This document shows positions 31,401-32,640 of a stretch of 45,637 nt of DNA, piece by piece. Position numbers and translations under genes: made by a program. The stretch comes from Christensenella sp. UBA3798 (lineage in GTDB: Bacteria > Bacillota > Clostridia > Christensenellales > CAG-1252): contig DFEQ01000006.1 of assembly GCA_002368735.1 (NCBI GenBank), forward strand, positions 1 through 45,637, written 5' to 3'. Each line of letters starts with the position of its first letter. The stretch's first letter is position 1. Under the pieces are notes generated by a model. It was not told where the DNA came from, did no database searches, and saw only the letters and a program-made list of their open reading frames with translations.

Positions 31401-32457
31401 AGGTGCGACCGAGGCGACGGTGGAGGTGGACGCCATTCTCTCGCCGTCAAGTCTCCCCGAGATCAACGTGATGGTCTACGAGGGCGAGGCGGCTACGATG
31501 AGAAGGACGGCGGCAAGGTGGTACTACGTGAACGGTGAAGGCGAACGCTTGGAGCTCTCCGCCATAGATACCACCATCGCGGGCGCGAAATACGTGCTCG
31601 TAGGCGTAATAGTGGATCGCGCGGGCAATGAGATAACCTATTCGAGCGGCGAAGCGCTCCGCTTCACCATCACGATAGACGAGAACGTGGACCTCAAAGA
31701 GAAGTATCACGTGGAGGAAGGCGCCAATGTCTACAGCTATCAGGACGAAGATCTGACCCACGTCAAGCTCACCGTCGACCGCGGCGTAAGTATCACCGCC
31801 ATCGAATACTTTGACGAAAAGGGTTCGCGCGTAGCCGGCGTTACGTACGTGAACGGCGAAGTGCCGCCCCTTGCGGAGAATACCTATCCCGTTGACGCAG
31901 GCGTCTATACCGCCCGCGTGACCCTCTCGGGCTACGGCAAGGAGGAAAGGGTGGAGGTAGCCTATATCGTGAAGCAAAAGGAGATCGCCGCGAACGAAAT
32001 AGTGGTCATCAACTTGAAGCAAGCCTACAAGGAGGATGCGACCTACGTCGTCAGCTACGGCACCAAGTACGGAGTGCCTCTTGAGGCGACCTACGAGGTC
32101 TTGGAAGGCGAAGGAGCCCAACTCCGAGACGGTATCCCGGCAGCGGTCGGCAAGTACCTCGTCACCATCCGCGTGGTGAGCAAGAACTACAAGAATGCGG
32201 TGGACGAAAACGGGGAGGAGATGCTCCGCACCGCGATACTCGAAGTGGTGAATTATTACACCGTGACCTTTAAGAAGGGCGAGAACGTCATCGGCTCCGA
32301 AAGGGTAGAGGAGGGCGACACCGTCAAGTCGCCGCAAGAGATGGGCGATGGCTTCCTCTACTGGTACGAGGAAGGCGGGGACGACAGCGAAAGCTTCAAT
32401 CTGAACCGGGCGATCACGAAGAACTACGTGCTCGTGGCAAAGTACCAAAGCGAATGA
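1339..32457 (+). CDS. Giant surface lipoprotein, 10,372 aa. Order: novel repeat-module rod with Cys-knot arrays, ~20 Big_4-like Ig repeats, MBG-like segments and a Flg_new-like C-terminus.
   Basis: A single ATG-to-TGA frame of 31,119 nt, as given in the ORF track. Sequence character is coherent throughout and an SD site and promoter lie upstream. The signal peptide MTKNLHTKILLILLLCFVVVLVAFAC-APKSS is followed by a Gly/Ser/Pro tether (DPDPSGGGGSGTSE). All other frames here contain only short or low-complexity ORFs. Confidence 0.95.
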   Translation: MTKNLHTKILLILLLCFVVVLVAFACAPKSSTILTDPDPSGGGGSGTSETRIDVTGGEKSDSSVSEFFTYLKKALAVDDASDAVAFKFVTEDMTVVKSEKSVDQNGNEVSTPKTFDMYAELACKYDRRDDSNTELLFELHSSLTRELVFGFYYYTGVFYLNIPNDEGGAATIYMDEFSLDDVVTILASSGATVSDIYSAVMTANVPMIDVSAIISSMLSAAVKEVTKTEKDGATQIVLKTDFNASINALLDKLKSFDRALKELNIRSALETVFGMSFTSLVNYKFDQFTCDVTLNILDGKLLSVQPTLGYGGKFAMDLLIDNVYYGDDTNAVGTIAFPEFNDYRKFGVTNLEFTMHLDLENASEKSVTMDSLLGGFFREYFGLTSMGAFGERVLTLGKGTIGLNLDVNAEIDWNKNERNYIEIEVFERLTSGDKRLGTIYYVGSKSALYVDFSECKLPKFVYEGLNLASVIKRFVVETVSSMLGTAEESSAAGEEMREVIIEAFAPGGSYQDALSAIVRNGTYETVAEAGDGEYVDLTLDVVALIKKLANAVANNLEMRPEGKRAIALTVDRSLVMDVVGHLAAKAKEGLDTAVKKQTEAASNDDELKEYVSTISTLEAEKSSQEEALRAARLELENASNMAAERRAQAKIDNIENVLLPNINMQLEYYQKLYDERIQAFSSDVDAARNNFYIFASLYDGLKDKSLTSGDVAIRSIRVELGLLSVGYGIYADVDVKLAEDTHLKLSVDQVSIGYAPVFNVPKENFDPQGYSTLEEFSSVSLSATIALAGDSGSLKELNLGDALGGMIGELTCLLGVKTANDVALSGGMDIKVDANLNFDPISISDYLNGDNTKLKLNSIDLAVNVYKRPNATTPALTEANRMLSVWYSGEEGAIFVDATGVSISDDGATIPRFMYRMRLEDLFAGSIAAESDIPATLPAAASSDLSMEQIMEVVGGMFGGLYLGDEISVLLADKLIATTLSMVMNGKNSDSVIDLDSSSKVYIRTEGGLEIGAHIGFDTKTSEDTVGYVDPYIELHVGDISASLVRRDIIPENVLVGAKKTYPDITEFDTVYTQFEIDLGYRFINNDYDFTDLMEALSDMLGESSVGNLLANTALSLSVKEELFGHFRARISANMDFSDGFEFTARIELLKDNDVLATLYYEGLYLYVDASGLTRLASDGGLSGLNIPKFRIRVSKLECGCTCPDCLNEASCDHGTKCLPGCGCDCHESVSAAEEISAGSFIGLLDRIDLTEEGIAVKLARDSLSRVLTILSFDELGEALPHLTPSLKVKLAGGIGIGATIAFDDAGDNYIDIDIGKFGVKFGKESLGLVKSEYRDLDFTILDNVSAEVSGRMTLNIDAGAANEDAAVAAVVKALVKEVGFGVQVESALKWDLSFDLKANVDLSQVDFNDDSTFANMIPGAEIYFALYNNNGASRKLMLLMYFDGRTKDVSGATQPTVYLTAPWLGVGKVAYKVDINALSQDDVSAAETEGVGAADILGKFADLILDEGGIGVVFTGELLGEVLNLLVLDEDIDFASMIEQVKLGIGLNDGLSINLDAFLTGAKLSAGITGLGFNIGESIDLEDLVFDTDDRETEYATVASGTDIKFNSISAGITATFDIKSASFENYDASETMKSIVDLFELEEEVSSLVEQLSLYLSADLPARANDAAMLSAGKLIVRFDFNFFDTLEFVLHITTGDGDEVATVMYHGINDLINGEEDVLYLELPIIGIPKTKVVGTKISSYVASLTETAVASQEELTKLPCGCSCDACLAAGTCGKSAGSLTCAISCDCTCHLPDLDCGCMNPACKIAGSCYHTDETLGEEVPNEGCTCPIHNGVTIIDRLNEIVDHVVLDGSTGLIGVVTKGNALATIASMLSLKIVLPELVMSAKVNVRDLGAVVGITGFEDEEVTFDLAVDVGDLLIEFKKRDLISGTEAYQDWRTLQFGFMLDADVAFKMDGTYAEYLTDYISENVAGESMKVVVGNNTTEDKVEVALGLEVAANVALDYDDTVKNFVHPGVELWLSFYAKTGEDELYDRTSSLISIYYNSSEVTDGASHEVLYFAGAAYGAESAVKITDIGVYDLVMELLLPMIPRAGIVSAAEADDAEAQAVGGLLSGILGLTVTREDGLLISADGGALKLALSLLNKELGDIFPATEGVRVAFGEEGLSAKLVFNEASMLTVEVADADIFFNKSFVEFEPMRDKIAGENGITVGAAPMSADDAFHLSGKFSVEAETGVTVDESGNPIDEFFGSTEGGYLGALKFLLRSDAENKVNYTVEADVSVYGLKLDEMKLNAFDLPSVMALVGKALAGVKAEATVVVRDNNADDEVIFAIYYTFDEIDSMYVVVPAFDLRLRVEEVLPLKSLLASIVSDRVDSGETAASEAVESAAVGGFQAKDIFKLVDKIALSNEALTIDLSEQILSRLLLMEGIEITLPEVRTTLTLGQLVAATGGVDQGLSVKVISSLIPQFNAEIRLGDFDITLEKGSLDLLAPHAAVFGRMDTYSTLDSLQAKVEFEADLYYGFGENQTNSDGNAWAFEKLLEDIDLNLNIGIIDQLKGHYKLTVSATANVAEGADSLYGLEIYIVLYSVSKDGEDNDVYAKQFSVYYGKGVLGLNFYDLLGVEPFELELDLGSMISGAGSSAEQEDAGEEAQSVTKKLEGFISELSGIIKLYVKEKSAVLELSGNVLHTALVALGYDNYFPITAEGVTNLNTAAMNGLTEGDYTVVLTYDGLTSESESFTYHHAYRRDLYDLRALNLTGGDVYAIGYQGEGVSGVFYSEAKWSDLFDLDLKAQTITWVSADKHSELFESLPLGEYEITIIKTGGRASAGFKMEKRLSSYTSKDGLHLTGRTVSMIEIKRDGVTLHTLVPTEVELTPGKELIGDYFAINAYGGLLDLELGTEGILAKVRLKDDTYLNLSITDLDIDMSGGTVDRIDKNGEAEQYTSNIRSLYFDFSVDLSVNTSKGYKLDVDESIGNLLDNVLGGIFEGRDINFYSEKDSELTYTLDVQANVKLAGKAIDLAHSELAVTVKEGTREILTVYYVGTQGANGVLYIAIPYFDLRLKVDEVDFVSKIRSLLGENSVSAAEEDDAESGPSVTKMIASMLLGVNVYDAYLDTAVEHGESRFYGMQALFAKKALNVLLELAGFSGFTLPELEEGDETSYLKLYIDKAEDKLLEARLAFDISKATSMTLTVYQPKVQLNGKMRYDNNLGTFMSISEAGSLTLGLSASFILDNDKDNNIDVASIVNMLVEDAHADKLIVKTEASTAIYTFKVSLNFSLQGVTESLLGEEGGMSVNQMLRSMLKNLYAHITLDRTLEGVDDRLVEAYFYNSCLYLDLSSIGMPKAAIPMDISALIPADEEPAAAEQESPLVCGCLNPDCIAHADSHPDATHPCRNGIGGMYDGCECRYCDPDPDPKFVEAFNVFYTSRGILAKMETELFAATLQALGIKATLDVSLNARLSLDDGLSATAVFYGVDKDGEKAHTSVTLSVAKPTVVLGGVIEEMIEDTSDYGYLNDLRNVNVDFTIEIDTALNGSSVAGRYLIDGFIADLFRYGAGDKQSELPVNLMHDIKGKISIHVAANIDFADVNRSEILLQVYHRREGEAAEEWITVFYGGAYDLIVCLPIVDEAFNMTFNVNLAKFLGDDTAKMIRDLPTTLSDLIYGALGSEAGAVAAAEGSTPDSMLGLAFSAIQNIGFQAAGKITVNAARTVVEDFSEYMLGSIVTLGDMQYFEVFADLLSREIGLKAGIKNNAEGPTNTFALTLKDYSFSLVKKDLEFDKTQYNTLEDYEFLYVKASGKIDYDLPDGVYDIGGLIRSIAEGVEIPVTFEGLTGEFEVVVQMNICVEELKRSELRVDVIWNDNYVLQAYMDVLRQEIYISMPWFDVQKFLIKGVDTSFLFDLLPSAKGDEVSEAAGSLGFDLASSAAAKYVTLLGKVVDGILITNDESSRGLTMTINSNFVETLLSEFASSLKLELPIAFDTSFISVERNTLDFTFNLKNPYHAASASAPVGYIKGKLALENCGFTNVNIRPDNTQNVTEFTPLLDYEEDDPLILENISVKTELFFDAHLLEQQLNMNDLMMYIFGDGFDLKTEKVDAIFRLEVQGTFNIRRIARSELLVNLYMNSPDPAQPGKYIERLFIRGYYVGLDQAVYIDAPLLGLYGIKATGLNLESLIGGASSGEESGESLTELDCGCKCASCLDGGKCYGLVDGVLTRLCASDCTCSHCQVPGCTCRNAVCVATGSCYDEGGVKRCASECGCHLLSCGCDNEECFFNRGCVGAIKHCEEDCLCSCCTVPSCHCTNVECVENGSCYRADGSKICALDCACSCSVLKCGCSDVDCQARGTCYVDGSRTCDGKECSCACTALSDGCNCKTCADKGGCVAQDGSVRCEKGCTCEHCTLPCGCTDPYCVAAGGCGLNGMYCTDNCTCTCHGIAPCDCNNPECVEKGCIVSYRNAYKVQASGAKAYYDIARKVYYLAENADVIVDEDALVIETATSRPKVVAIDAIHREGCDLDKCTCYTDTYRFNCFCKDPVCIKNGKCVKCYRLIKDEKGNDKVISICYCDKNFVKKIEGLKAAEVTSVVFKNGETPVATLPSKAEWSAYMTIVDGLVSLNDANDNILALEGYKWTVYVETTSGTYDFEYKLGSGPVTNDSCKCHYNVLACFCTDPEHIRSGVCPGDCEYCNGDCHKYRSDKYAEAFAQMKITPAGISFRTTNSFLSTIFYVFSGNTISNVDVPRISVDFALNYITRRAVFDLENVNQSSVKKVVFQGKHEIGGLYESLTLTTAEEIASYMEIGEGTVTFYDSNVNLGELKDYAWFVTFYGDLDQNLGTVDYAMYTGETQGFLSHLALRADVVVEQYKDGAYTGEESTFGVSFGGIELTSGKSTFTILDAQGRTDPVSGDPLPADFATYQTFEKLQKITVQTDLHIEIHPEDTNVELGPMLNTLFPGIDTLMQIIVDTADWTENTEITFAVQVALDLNDLEKTQLMLTVTETRAIGDKLLAFIYYDGEAATPTLYINLPILGVQGTYFENVTIFDFYTEAQPALDCGCGEDKKCKNVLCIDNGSCYDEYGVRICDGETCGCDCAYFSCGCNCGDCVKADACDGTKCGAGCTCSHHSVAAADDETALVCGCTRADCIAYGSCGPDCTYDCDGSCHYVTTSATPLLCGCTDPICLMRGSCYEACKNCKNGRCHDKENAALLFHSGLSVSDRIYGYLSHVISLTVSDAAGFQIEAEPSLITTLLVALGRDVDISALDGVGSILVGFKVDANSDIAINAQVDLGDTGAHLRLTADNIKIDLNKNLLEVPSTEVVGSLQNYTRMNLKSYVNISLSGELNITTQQAVLDLGRTVSAVLGAQSEFELSFEDGPVSLGYTIAANVSLESVDITGLIAGKTFDAKKVLETGEALVEIIDLKHNKTFLSIYLKDGVAYVDLGILASAPPMKIDLANLIKFTEEDYVSTAEGEEKKDSVYDVSYTLDLPEVVTIGKMYHYVGGSSPEFLVALKGYEVTSAIIVNDATGVKTTIADKDALAKYFTFEYAANNANHRYVNTILSMAATKEVRELARDGENYYTVYLITEGGVASFSLKVATADAYVTGGDRTMALVAGMLGNVTFKFDEFMVGLNKNLMKILEEYLGISLNAPAVDAAMFFGKKDAETVYIGATIGLKNGEGKGVDVDFRLGNFKIGIGKAYLLDELDVNNDLMRTHVTLVDGHNEIVEGAYSDIESIDTAYASLTAEVTFAASGDASVPADRNSKIFDPDGAVFTFGDTFRDAIGNVLVNLGIDKSLNGTYRVTLKGYLKTLDFEMLGLSDIEAYLKVEEKTGESTYGEIFTIYYADNYIYLNFNPERFPYMTLPATCIRLDSALDYWTGKDEEVEVSAAESDLSIASFVRLIGGATVGNGIIALHLSENFVGGILELVSPEFNNISLLIDETNVALDVMQGEISFDLKTSGEFKPADYVIYGRDSYAKAEKVSNDEAYIAVYNSGAFKGMEGDYLLCAGVGGGEVEIPFNVSDLKREYLFTDENVWNVMLTVEDGRFAIPSGKFEAGSYHVVFTMTDGTNVTTKAGDAIAGGAYVELVGLVAANVTSVKVTMNYLRLPIDASGLSGANGSFTTLTSLTFKQVEASKVSGGLELADFAKAGGANAVTIKKAAVGALGGEHYYAYFFADGALAVEKAWLSVSDDTTIELSHISMDNLRKIVFVRDYSDETEAPEFDSYAILSATDEAIFLDYKGNVYTNYTAQQSFDMSFTVRDLVFAVAQPDVGLYQKNKETTYSYNYSTGAVTATAGLDLANYANWQEQVFYLATSLEISADFATTGEELAGGYELFGNDSVGLGSVIDQVIGILRMQEGLNEVITLKVEIKIFAEDPYLSEALFTFSVKTTDKYGADPQTVNKPSITVYYKGMGEGNKSYLYIDASRYFLGNFKVEADIVTPILDLFDIGSKNDNYSSLDQEVLLCGCTNPECVLYGCIKAENGRYVVRCKGTGCTCKHCVLSCGCVDEKCLLNGGCYDADGVRICDGETCSCDCSLLECGCTNPGCIEHKSCYDEEGNLMCLVCNSVYCQLAGRCLFDDDCEFREQGYRDPCTCSHCRLKCGCTDKACLDNHSCYRDGVLLCDANCDCDCSDNAVIVEPEKESVPFSKYLPYMDNILSAVQIGNKMSTIVLNPNVFNNILLMLGYKTYLCDENLAYIRAEVHATTAEGMKDTFIKIAAKKDDVYDVSVKLTGFKAQAVVKKDATQFASFTSAYNFASSVPNYESYPLVEEMELHFATTVDISLSGGTETLPIGLNDLLGSMLGLEAEDVATLTVDNGTVQTGLDLRIHMEMFLNLQHSRQTELLLEISQVNKATGATTLSLGVYYLNAEETAYVTLPVFGLSGLKITGLDLSDILANVFEIRLWSDIRNGTRESASAAEEETSIKNALWQLMGMDLGDDESLPNVILDYIRAINESGEEYEEKYDHKAKFVLSMGNSKAGVGLNLSFIMLLMDMLKVDLPSQLVSIFETYPGGFTAEAYYDGADNASLTGWSIGANIYFKKNEASERDEIGTSADNKEWMGLTLKIHDLEAFVGENESLTRYARTDAEKSAVIVMPDAVKASENDAKANYKFTPKRYRGYANTNYDTYKSLTRYSNIMEIDVLNVNLVGEMVFDLKNQTDSEYKSNQTLKFFNALIEEMLGLEAGSFNVVRHVENTWTFTVNLDLNLNFEDFSKTQLKFQLIMNDGISSDLTLAAIYYDGASLSEDGGKLYLDVADLGLIKVRATGVNLEQALSQVLDVDLSSGNLSILKDAFGVQSLGELITNKIKESKNVTAQEENEQEEEETAGAASIDYAADLKIVLEALALQGRTQTPYKLSMKVNGALIERLVGAFGWDENIVGKAMERVGLPEDFSATIGFTLDEGLKDIGVDIVAPDTLSGGGSRSNDISVKLTTFKYDYTSSAESMFAANQFDDYSALPMGGSIGLANHNGESWVGMLVESVLNGLYPPAASVDSGGNETLTADALRVKLTHNTHYTDKNAVLVTDQKRNIVIQLSRDDSEGKFPHSLRGTVFDVMTDFTETPGLTDIAQNAVEIYSENYLAIADLLKNIAQMFVGHIDRISVYYVDGNLKLRVGFKISIFGLSLLTWDENDGLDFTFNVYHMDISDMMSGKAKKSKYDEPDEIKSDGDDDETITLEDIEAAKEHPVTKVTLNLGYGHIDDTTGTTMEKSKQDTAEGLAGENPATVSNLRIDFDALVIRELTQMLNSAALSLGKSHSTVASRATYGTYQMMLGMIKDAIKGLIKKLGDNTVVNALASVAGSAAAALADNVLGDQVIHLLAKLLPFVEPAKGDSCYLMVEFDTNNKGSGKVLIRKALFRACNAKTGEYSQIVLTNAGIRLGVVDETRVTIEFNGKTERTLTDVFNVDLDGNGVADYLQDLPKEASVYYKPGTTNADDKPDDVNIVWTDSTFVIDPTGGVTTPIARPKDGSDKIATSYNIIGTILNYNKYVPLNVPYSAVRLVKYATVAGETTPLIKGEHIELPMRITPDMVKTLDTYLPKVIMVYMTDGYGENGLYYTFDGREEGGNVVKWDYSGVSDSYDGGSYILNLTFGDGNTKNYHIEVPIEVIPQKLSAINAFAYSDDENNKIIGNSLTYEAGEKPTLPDRVYAEFGTLGSKLYEIRWVESEFTSKYAGATYYTSAYIGNSEIGYHLYENIPIVFKSKVIAGYKFVWQTEDGYTEEGQDLVFDPYEINEKDGKPAALSLHSYPRYVRFCFEGNVDATGAPIYEDDYSIVEWNVENVVNSYTGNNSSYAIFRYGDENIGYQYVKVLVTIKEMIFTSSMLKNSEMKIITDVDPMYLYVDREKGENRVMVVGLGSSKVYNYDPTDLKNYPTSVTVYYGTEENEKRTFSGDDVSWDTSGIVVSYKGGVQYAKLRIGNEAGGYQVINVPITIEDRTISAIDLSMIRDKYEFDPYLEDVGDSKFYPTNPYGATKTAIVVFSAQTAQAYPMTWDLSGLEQSYKGGTSTVYARVGSDVAGWQMVPFTVVVKERIIDKMQIEAFVFDPYDSSVDPLVVDSEDSPYPTSAIAVFKDDSTHRFSNLKWDISEVYKIWNYKGGEGFVVVKFGNEYGGYQTYKVPVKVECREIATVDINEGNIITFDPYGGIDPRLEENYYKKVNVTFSSGEKGVVDVIWDLSNVINNYRGYKGGEHSVSIRVGNSVCGYQNIGGITVKILNREIVREIIGSSIGTQKIDVYADIDLATTVTVTFSDGSQRTMPVTWINENYRTDINAPDFPNWNEEKDIDEQTDFTADARIGDSIGGYQIVPGVPVRVYKRVAQKLFIDNVQWSKTEDGKMVIDYANHYFVFDPYDGKMELPSTVQIFFDDGTDTYMKAVWDTSNVKMDLAGGVYGGFNSETTGAILRLGNARTGHIEIEFMVVVKNREVVVKGSDTAHPVAQIFTYDTTTGEKGELLSSIVNDPYLGSGFPNTVYLEFKSTGIPALTRSEGMAKTIGNWNIEYVLDADGNNVPVRASIKLGSAKAGYEIYYFDVTTVYRKITVPDDVVVEVNPYQVSLPATLTVNVGGAVKYNSATGKYEALPVSVCGCESCVGYCGTVDPVTGELTLTDDNCTCAKCKSYLVTLKADWSKTTIDYSYPVVNQLEGNYMVVAERVSIGNRNCGYQECNVKVVVLNKRVQSISVEEFDIDPYDYRTLPSSTNVTFLDNTSGELPLAANIASAVKDASNTNTSFYQGGKYTVKAYLGDRVGGYQEFNITLNVKDRTIAKLEIDGAIVAGEEDATMDIKPYADGGVTKRPDKMITAVFTDGSKAELKALWNSIHIEYTFEGGYQEALVLLVGNAEGGYQKVPVNVRNLKAVATSATAEDGFLYNTFMERSGLPDKVVVTFTEDSYLSVMTLAVVEWAESGVIDDETRTYVTMAKIGDDVAGYQWVKVVLPLAEIELRAVLGAKYEIDAYDDLAFSEDGRLLSASGGYFTVSGQIGEELTQSLYVKLLETPVYTFEGAEGENALFIKIAVGNALTGYFSETSTGEEIKLTLTVRPRVVRALIAPDGETELKEYFTGLKLDPYDMPNIVTGGKIAALIDGGAVVDIDIFSVSYKKAGDSDYKNYVSFTGGSYDMKIVVGNALHGTQEMIYSITVAPKIIASVDELTDKVVDPYEYRLPKEVNVTFTDGGRAKLSVVYRTLNEAGKKVPFGDENIVYSGGSFDVYAIFDLHGFQQEYLFKLVVNQSFVDSIGPGMLIEIDQLDGTLTLLDEIELIISGESVRKSADKGDWTITSGADGKYHITLPEGGDPGSWDLSEVDLGYMGGTYYAYYRYGNAAAGYQLVQVPVVVSEKVIDYDKLQYVASSSAGSMTLASFGNPREITAAVGEYFELPTDLWVVFKDGTRMQKHVEWDGSKVDLTRTGRYEITTTVLEQTITAYLTITESRKVMGDDVLDVVVASRGGVYSLPTTIRQNIYLRTTSGSYNLAPEPAPAKAIVWDRKPSTAVEDKYYLVGTVSNGTFSWTRTITLYVYSTYVSYVVSTCESRALGTAAGATEATVEVDAILSPSSLPEINVMVYEGEAATMRRTAARWYYVNGEGERLELSAIDTTIAGAKYVLVGVIVDRAGNEITYSSGEALRFTITIDENVDLKEKYHVEEGANVYSYQDEDLTHVKLTVDRGVSITAIEYFDEKGSRVAGVTYVNGEVPPLAENTYPVDAGVYTARVTLSGYGKEERVEVAYIVKQKEIAANEIVVINLKQAYKEDATYVVSYGTKYGVPLEATYEVLEGEGAQLRDGIPAAVGKYLVTIRVVSKNYKNAVDENGEEMLRTAILEVVNYYTVTFKKGENVIGSERVEEGDTVKSPQEMGDGFLYWYEEGGDDSESFNLNRAITKNYVLVAKYQSE
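3085..3411 (+). other. Charged alpha-helical, coiled-coil-like insertion (~110 aa)
   Basis: AAKAKEGLDTAVKKQTEAASNDDELKEYVSTISTLEAEKSSQEEALRAARLELENASNMAAERRAQAKIDNIENVLLPNINMQLEYYQKLYDERIQAF. It is rich in E, A, K, R and L, has no Pro or Gly, and is unlike the flanking beta-type sequence. Confidence 0.5.
4933..5019 (+). repeat. Cys knot 1 (9 Cys in 28 aa)
   Basis: CGCTCPDCLNEASCDHGTKCLPGCGCDCH, beginning 39 aa after the YY anchor at 4816. Confidence 0.8.
6628..6843 (+). repeat. Cys knot 2 (two units plus a CTCPIH tail)
   Basis: CGCSCDACLAAGTCGKSAGSLTCAISCDCTCH-LPDLD-CGCMNPACKIAGSCYHTDETLGEEVPNEGCTCPIH, beginning 56 aa after the anchor at 6460. Confidence 0.8.
11455..11568 (+). repeat. Cys knot 3 (His-rich variant)
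   Basis: CGCLNPDCIAHADSHPDATHPCRNGIGGMYDGCECRYC, beginning 45 aa after the anchor at 11320. Confidence 0.75.
13912..14685 (+). repeat. Major tandem array: 7.5 units of a ~33-aa 8-Cys repeat
   Basis: Unit pattern is C.C.(2-4)C.(4-5)C.(5-8)C.(3)C.C.(1-2)C. An example unit is CHCTNVECVENGSCYRADGSKICALDCACSCSVLK. The array covers aa 4192-4449, about one residue in four is Cys, and His recurs at unit ends. Two further Cys clusters follow at 14872-15027 and 15301-15405. Confidence 0.85.
16483..16920 (+). repeat. Cys knot array 5 (about 4 units)
   Basis: CGCGEDKKCKNVLCIDNGSCYDEYGVRICDGETCGCDCAYFSCGCNCGDCVKADACDGTKCGAGCTCSHH ... CGCTRADCIAYGSCGPDCTYDCDGSCH ... CGCTDPICLMRGSCYEACKNCKNGRCH, beginning 42 aa after the anchor at 16357. 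Confidence 0.8.
20713..21210 (+). repeat. Cys knot array 6 (about 5 units)
   Basis: CGCTNPECVLYGC...CTCKHCVLSCGCVDEKCLLNGGCYDADGVRICDGETCSCDCSLLECGCTNPGCIEHKSCYDEEGNLMC...CTCSHCRLKCGCTDKACLDNHSCYRDGVLLCDANCDCDC, beginning 57 aa after the anchor at 20542. Confidence 0.8.
24960..31700 (+). repeat. About 20 tandem Ig-like repeats of Big_4 flavour with a G[ND]..GGYQ signature
   Basis: The repeat reads FDPY...YP..V.V.F.DG.......W(D/N).S.V...Y.GG.Y.......GN..GGYQ...V.V.V..R.I. I located GYQ-type anchors at 25882, 26224, 26581, 26866, 27145, 27418, 27715, 28039, 28375, 28786, 29047, 29329, 29581, 29863, 30184, 30445 and 30766, a period of 84-137 aa. The 'LP..V.V...DG......V.W' theme matches my memory of Pfam Big_4 (PF07532). 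No HMM was run. Confidence 0.65.
28555..28650 (+). repeat. Small Cys knot inserted inside one Ig-like repeat
   Basis: CGCESCVGYCGTVDPVTGELTLTDDNCTCAKC. It sits in the longest Ig-repeat interval (137 aa). Confidence 0.7.
32254..32454 (+). other. Listeria-Bacteroides repeat (Flg_new)-like C-terminal domain
   Basis: YYTVTFKKGENVIGSERVEEGDTVKSPQEMGDGFLYWYEEGGDDSESFNLNRAITKNYVLVAKYQSE. This fits the remembered pattern YTVTF...G......V..G.....P.....GY.F.GWY........F.....I......LYAKW. The stop codon follows directly. There is no LPXTG motif, TM segment or cell-wall-binding tail. Confidence 0.55.
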
Positions 32458-32521
32458 GTCGATAGCGTATAGCGGCAGAGATAAACATGACAGACGCACC
32501 CCGAGGTGCGGAAAACAAATA

Positions 32522-32530
32522 GAGGTAGGA
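32522..32530 (+). promoter_or_regulatory. Shine-Dalgarno region for the second giant ORF
   Basis: GAGGTAGGA at 32522-32530. The GAGG ends 7 nt before the ATG at 32533. Confidence 0.55.
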
Positions 32531-32532
32531 CT

Positions 32533-32640
32533 ATGACTGTAACACAAAGACGGACAAAATGGAAGGCAGGACTCATCATCGCACTGGCGGCGATAATCTT
32601 GTTGACGCTGCTTGCGGTGTCGCTTTCGATAGCGACCGAC
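32533..32640 (+). other. N-terminal signal anchor or uncleaved signal peptide
   Basis: A basic n-region (RRTKWK) is followed by a ~23-residue hydrophobic stretch, AGLIIALAAIILLTLLAVSLSIA. There is no lipobox Cys. Confidence 0.6.

Noticed and set aside
32496-32509. Hairpin GCACC-CCGA-GGTGC in the spacer between the giant genes, considered as a possible terminator.
   Set aside because: The stem is 5 bp, there is no U-tract, and A-rich sequence and an SD site follow. It is not a credible intrinsic terminator.
32487-32522. An 11-codon upstream ORF (MTDAPRGAENK) in the intercistronic spacer.
   Set aside because: It has no SD site and is too short to evaluate. It is most likely fortuitous.
32545-32565. 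RR pair in the ORF3 n-region (TQRRTKWK), considered as a twin-arginine (Tat) signal.
   Set aside because: It does not fit the S/T-R-R-x-F-L-K consensus, and a protein of more than 4,000 aa is an implausible Tat substrate. I treat it as a Sec-type signal anchor.
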